A stretch of DNA of 64,000 bases from the human T2T-CHM13v2.0 reference genome, Homo sapiens. Below are positions 62,285 to 64,000 of the stretch, piece by piece; position 1 is the stretch's first letter; each line of letters begins with the position of its first letter. The stretch is taken from NCBI RefSeq assembly GCF_009914755.1, contig NC_060926.1. One strand, written 5' to 3'. The notes beneath the pieces are model-generated. The model did not search any database. It was not told where the DNA came from and worked only from the letters and a program-made list of their open reading frames with translations. Position numbers and translations under genes: made by a program.

Positions 62285-64000
62285 AATAATGAAGTAATAA
62301 ATTTAACAAAAATGTAAGATTTGTGTGCTAAAAATGACAAAACATTGTTGAAAGATTTAAGACCTAAATACCTGGAAAGTATCCTATGTTCATGGATAAG
62401 AATACTTAACATTGTTAAGATGATAATCCTCCCTAAACTGATCTAACTGATCTATAGATTCAACACTCCTATCAAAATTCCAGCTGGCTTTTTTCCATAA
62501 ATTATAAACCTAAAATTCATATGGAAATGCAAGAAACACAATAGTTAAAACAAACTGGAAAATGAAGATAGATGACTCATACTTCCTGATTTTCAAACTT
62601 ACTGCAAAGCTATACAGTGATGTAATGGTATAAGATGAACATACAGGTCATTGTAATAGAATGGAGTCTCTAGAAATAAACCCTTACATTTATGAACTGT
62701 TTATTTTTGAAAAGGGTACCAAGACTATTCAGTGGGAAAGAAGAATCTTTTCAACAAAAGGTGCTTGGACAACTGAATATCTACATGCAAAATAATGAAT
62801 TTGGACCTTTACCTCACACCATGTACAAAATTAACTTAATGGATCATCTACCAAAAAGTAAAACTATAAAATATATATTCTTAGAGGAAAAAAGAGGAAT
62901 ATATTTTTGTGATCTAGGAGTAGCCAATGGATTGTTAGACATGGCACTAAAAGCACAGGAACAAAATTTAAAAATAGGTAAATCGCACTTCCAAAATTTA
63001 AAACTTTCGTGCTTTGAAGGATATCATCAAGAAAGTGCAAAGAAGCTGGGCATGGTAGCTCACACCTATAATCCCAGCACTTTGGAAGACTGAGGCAGGC
63101 GGATCACTTACGGCCAGGAGTTCAAAACCAGCCTCGCCAACGTGGCAAAAAACCGTCCCTACTAAAAATACAAAAATTAACTAGGCATGGTGGTGCACAC
63201 CAGTAATCCCAGCTACTCAGGAGGCTGAAGCATGAGAATCGCTTGAACCAGGGAGGCGGAGGTTGTAGTGAACCGAGATTGCGCCACTGCACTCCAGCCT
63301 GGGCGACAGAGTGGGACTCTGTCTCAAAAAAAAAAAAAAATGCAAAGAACAACCCATAGAATTGGAGAAAATATTTGCAAATCATATATTTGATGAGAGA
63401 CTTGTGTCTAGAATATAAAAAGAACCTGTGACTCAATTATAAAGACACCCAGTTCAAATATGTGGAAAGGATTTGAATAGACATTTCTCCAAAGAAGATA
63501 AACAAATGGCCAGTAAGCACATGAAAAGATGTTCAACATCATTAGTCATTAGGGAAATCAAGTCAGAACCACAATGAGATACCATTTCACACCCACTAAG
63601 TATGCCTAAATGTAAAGAGAAAGTAATAAGTGTTTGTGAGGATGTGGAGAATTTGGAACCTTTCTGTGTTACTGGTGGGATTGTAAAATGATGTAGCCAC
63701 CTTGGAAAACAGTTTGCCAGTAACGCAAAATGTTAAACATAGTGTTATCATAGGACCCAGGAGTTCTACAGCAGCAGTTTATACAGCAGTTTATATCCAA
63801 GAGAATTGAAAACGTCAACACAAAAACCTGTACATGAGTATAGCAGCATTAGTCAAAATAGCTAAAATGTGGTAATAACCCAAATGTCCAGCAACTGAAG
63901 AATGTGTAAACTGTATCTCATACAACAATGTTTTTCAGCAATAGGAATAAGAACTGATACCTGCAACAACATGGATGAACCTTGAAAATACAATTTCCAT
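62285..64000 (+). mobile_element. Degenerate L1 ORF2 3' region (L1M), interrupted by an Alu at ~63043-63340
   Basis: cctatgttcatggat, gaatcttttcaacaaa, ggagaaaatatttgcaaatcatat and gacatttctccaaagaagata. Many stops and frameshifts. Confidence 0.9.

Noticed and set aside
62692-63093. 133-aa ORF
   Set aside because: It lies within decayed L1 ORF2 and runs into an Alu; there is no intact L1 frame.

Overview
Primate (very probably human, chr2q21.3) genomic DNA, Alu-dense. It holds the 3' end of R3HDM1 on + (four coding exons at 4065-4209, 10443-10525, 10988-11072 and 12448-12803; 3' UTR to about 13785). About 16 kb of repeat-rich intergenic DNA follows, then a CpG-island promoter and coding exons 1-9 of UBXN4 (erasin) on +. 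These give 950 nt of spliced CDS in one continuous frame, and the gene continues past the window. Gene names come from recognising the spliced peptides, not from a database search. Most listed ORFs are Alu or L1 artefacts. I cannot demonstrate a new biological system. The best leads are: (1) a candidate in-frame alternative last exon of R3HDM1 whose stop overlaps an AATAAA; (2) a U12-type minor intron after a 29-nt UBXN4 exon, with a second U11-like motif; (3) a 262-bp inverted duplication around a TA array; (4) a ~380-bp local duplication and several template-switch scars. Repeat coordinates are approximate.
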